From an uncultured Solirubrobacteraceae bacterium (GTDB taxonomy: Bacteria; Actinomycetota; Thermoleophilia; Solirubrobacterales; Solirubrobacteraceae), in contig CAVQBC010000005.1 of NCBI GenBank assembly GCA_963710665.1, forward strand, positions 158,370-222,369: a stretch of 64,000 bases of DNA. The letters are read 5' to 3'. Below, piece by piece: positions 62,660 through 64,000 of this stretch (within the stretch, counting starts at the first letter, position 1; every line of letters begins with the position of its first letter). The position numbers and the translations under genes were made by a program. A model generated the notes under the pieces. That model was not told the origin of the DNA. It was given only the letters and a program-made list of their open reading frames with translations, and did no database searches.

Positions 62660-63490
62660 TCAGCGTGCCAGCTTGTCCAGACACCGCTCCACCTCTTCGA
62701 TCGAGTTGAGGACGAAATCGGCCGCCGTCGCACGGCCCGCGACCTCGGGATCGTCGGGATCGCCGACGAAGATTCCGATACCCCGGTCGCTGAGCGCGGC
62801 GAACGCGTCCTCGTCGGTGATGTCGTCCCCGAAGAACAGCGGCGTGACATCGTCGCGGTCGAGCCCCAGCGCCCGCACCAGGTACAGCACGGCCTTCCCC
62901 TTGTCCCAGTCGAGCTTGGGCTGCAGCTCGAAGACCATCTTGCCCGGCGTGACCTTGAGGTCGTCGGGGTGCTCGGCGAGCAGCTGGTCCACCACCTCCT
63001 TGACCGCCGGCCGCTGGTCCTCTGCCACGAGCCGGTAATGGGCCGCGACCGAGACCTTCTTCTCCTCGACCAGCGTCCCCGGGATCCCGTCGAGCGCCTC
63101 GTGCAGCCGCCCGGTCACCTCCCGGATCAGCTCCTCGCTGCCCTGGCCGGCGTCGTGCTCGAGCGTCCCCTCGGACGGGCTCCAGATGTCGAATCCATGG
63201 CTGCCCGCCACCACGAGGTCGTCGACGCCCATCAGCTCCTGGACGACCTTGCGGTCGCGGCCGCTGACCACGCAGACCGTGCAGCGCTTGGCGAGATCGC
63301 GCACGACCCGGCGCATGCTCTCGGAGATGACGGCGTCCTCGGGGCGGTCGACGATCGGCGTCAGCGTGCCGTCGTAGTCCAGGAAGACGGCCGGTTCCCG
63401 ACGGTCCAGCCGGCGTTCGAGCTCTCCGAAGTCGGCCAGCGCGTTGGGCAGCTCGCGGATGCTCGTCGCCGCCATGTGCGCCCGCAGCAT
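62660..63490 (-). CDS. otsB: trehalose-phosphatase
   Basis: FLDYDGTLTPIV, VSGRD and FFGDDITDEDAF (HAD-IIB OtsB motifs). Confidence 0.9.
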   Translation of the reverse strand: MLRAHMAATSIRELPNALADFGELERRLDRREPAVFLDYDGTLTPIVDRPEDAVISESMRRVVRDLAKRCTVCVVSGRDRKVVQELMGVDDLVVAGSHGFDIWSPSEGTLEHDAGQGSEELIREVTGRLHEALDGIPGTLVEEKKVSVAAHYRLVAEDQRPAVKEVVDQLLAEHPDDLKVTPGKMVFELQPKLDWDKGKAVLYLVRALGLDRDDVTPLFFGDDITDEDAFAALSDRGIGIFVGDPDDPEVAGRATAADFVLNSIEEVERCLDKLAR

Positions 63491-63549
63491 CGCCAGATCC
63501 GCGGCGGGAAGTCAAGGGACCCCCCGCGCCCGATAAAACACTTCCGGCG

Positions 63550-64000
63550 ATGCCGCCCGACGACCGCCTCGCCGCGCTGGTCGCGCTCTCGCTCGAGCTC
63601 GGCGACCCGGCGCGCGACTACGTGATCCTGTCGGAGGGCAACACCTCGGCCCGCATCGACGAGCGCTCCTTCTGGGTGTCGGCCAGCGGCGTGCGCCTGG
63701 CGGAGGCCGACCGGGAGGGCGCCTTCGTGACGGTGGAGTCCGCGCCGCTGATGGCGGCCATGCGCGGCGACGCCGACGACGACGCCCGCCGCATCCTGCG
63801 CGACGCGATGGTGGGCGGCCCCGACGACGCCGGGCCGTCGATCGAGAGCTTCGTGCATGCGATCTGCTTCGAGCTGGGCGGCGCCGCGTTCGTCGGCCAC
63901 ACGCACCCCACGCCGGTCAATGCGCTGCTGTCCTCGCGCGCCGCCGAGGCCGCCTACACCGGCACGCTCTCGGCGGAGGAGGCCGCGCGCCTCGGCCCGG
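63550..64000 (+). CDS. class II aldolase/adducin-domain protein, 5' partial (continues beyond the window)
   Basis: My own translation from ATG 63550: MPPDDRLAALVALSLELGDPARDYVILSEGNTSARI...PSIESFVHAICFE...FVGHTHPTPVNALL. No stop codon before the window end. Confidence 0.7.
   Translation, partial: MPPDDRLAALVALSLELGDPARDYVILSEGNTSARIDERSFWVSASGVRLAEADREGAFVTVESAPLMAAMRGDADDDARRILRDAMVGGPDDAGPSIESFVHAICFELGGAAFVGHTHPTPVNALLSSRAAEAAYTGTLSAEEAARLGP

Noticed and set aside
60234-63515. 1093-aa ORF suggesting an OtsB-GH65 fusion protein
   Set aside because: The N-terminal ~287 aa are an Arg/Gly-rich alternate frame of the otsB gene. GH65 homology starts at MTATEDAP (ATG 62654), and otsB is a separate ORF in another frame that ends at 62660.

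Overview
Very GC-rich bacterial chromosome segment (GC judged by eye, not computed). Protein families and codon style look like Actinomycetota, possibly Thermoleophilia/Solirubrobacterales; that placement is inference only. I support about 55 protein genes, one tRNA-Tyr, several hairpin terminators and several candidate operators. I found no rRNA, CRISPR array, transposase or integrase. Many long ORFs in the track are alternate-frame or antisense artefacts of the high GC content: Arg/Pro/Gly/Ala-rich, and nested in genes with clear family signatures.

Main content:
- (1) 6.0-12.8 kb, minus strand: a complete pqqABCDE cluster, including a 24-aa pqqA that the ORF track misses. It is translationally coupled to a membrane-anchored quinoprotein-dehydrogenase-like beta-propeller. 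A formaldehyde-activating enzyme (fae) and a GAF-domain regulator follow. A FolE2/MptA-type GTP cyclohydrolase and a sigma-70 gene lie nearby.
- (2) 15.2-18.5 kb: a tRNA-Tyr followed by a patch of gene remnants and a 23-aa hydrophobic small ORF.
- (3) 25.2-44.9 kb: a catabolic island. It holds two IclR regulators, a CUT2-type ABC importer, two HyuA/HyuB (hydantoinase/oxoprolinase-family) pairs, an M20 amidohydrolase, a CoxMSL-type molybdenum hydroxylase and a creatininase-family amidohydrolase. Four transcription units are linked by a shared 25-bp operator-like motif.
- (4) 47.2-53.0 kb: an alpha-oxoamine synthase, a membrane PAS-GGDEF-EAL protein and an MFS transporter, tightly packed.
- (5) 57.1-59.4 kb: two adjacent secreted low-complexity repeat proteins.
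- (6) 59.4-63.5 kb: an otsB-GH65-pgmB trehalose-type operon.

At least seven single-nucleotide indels interrupt otherwise well-conserved genes. These could be sequencing errors or very recent pseudogenisation, and I cannot tell which from the sequence. All homology calls come from reading the translations and recalling family motifs; no database search was run.
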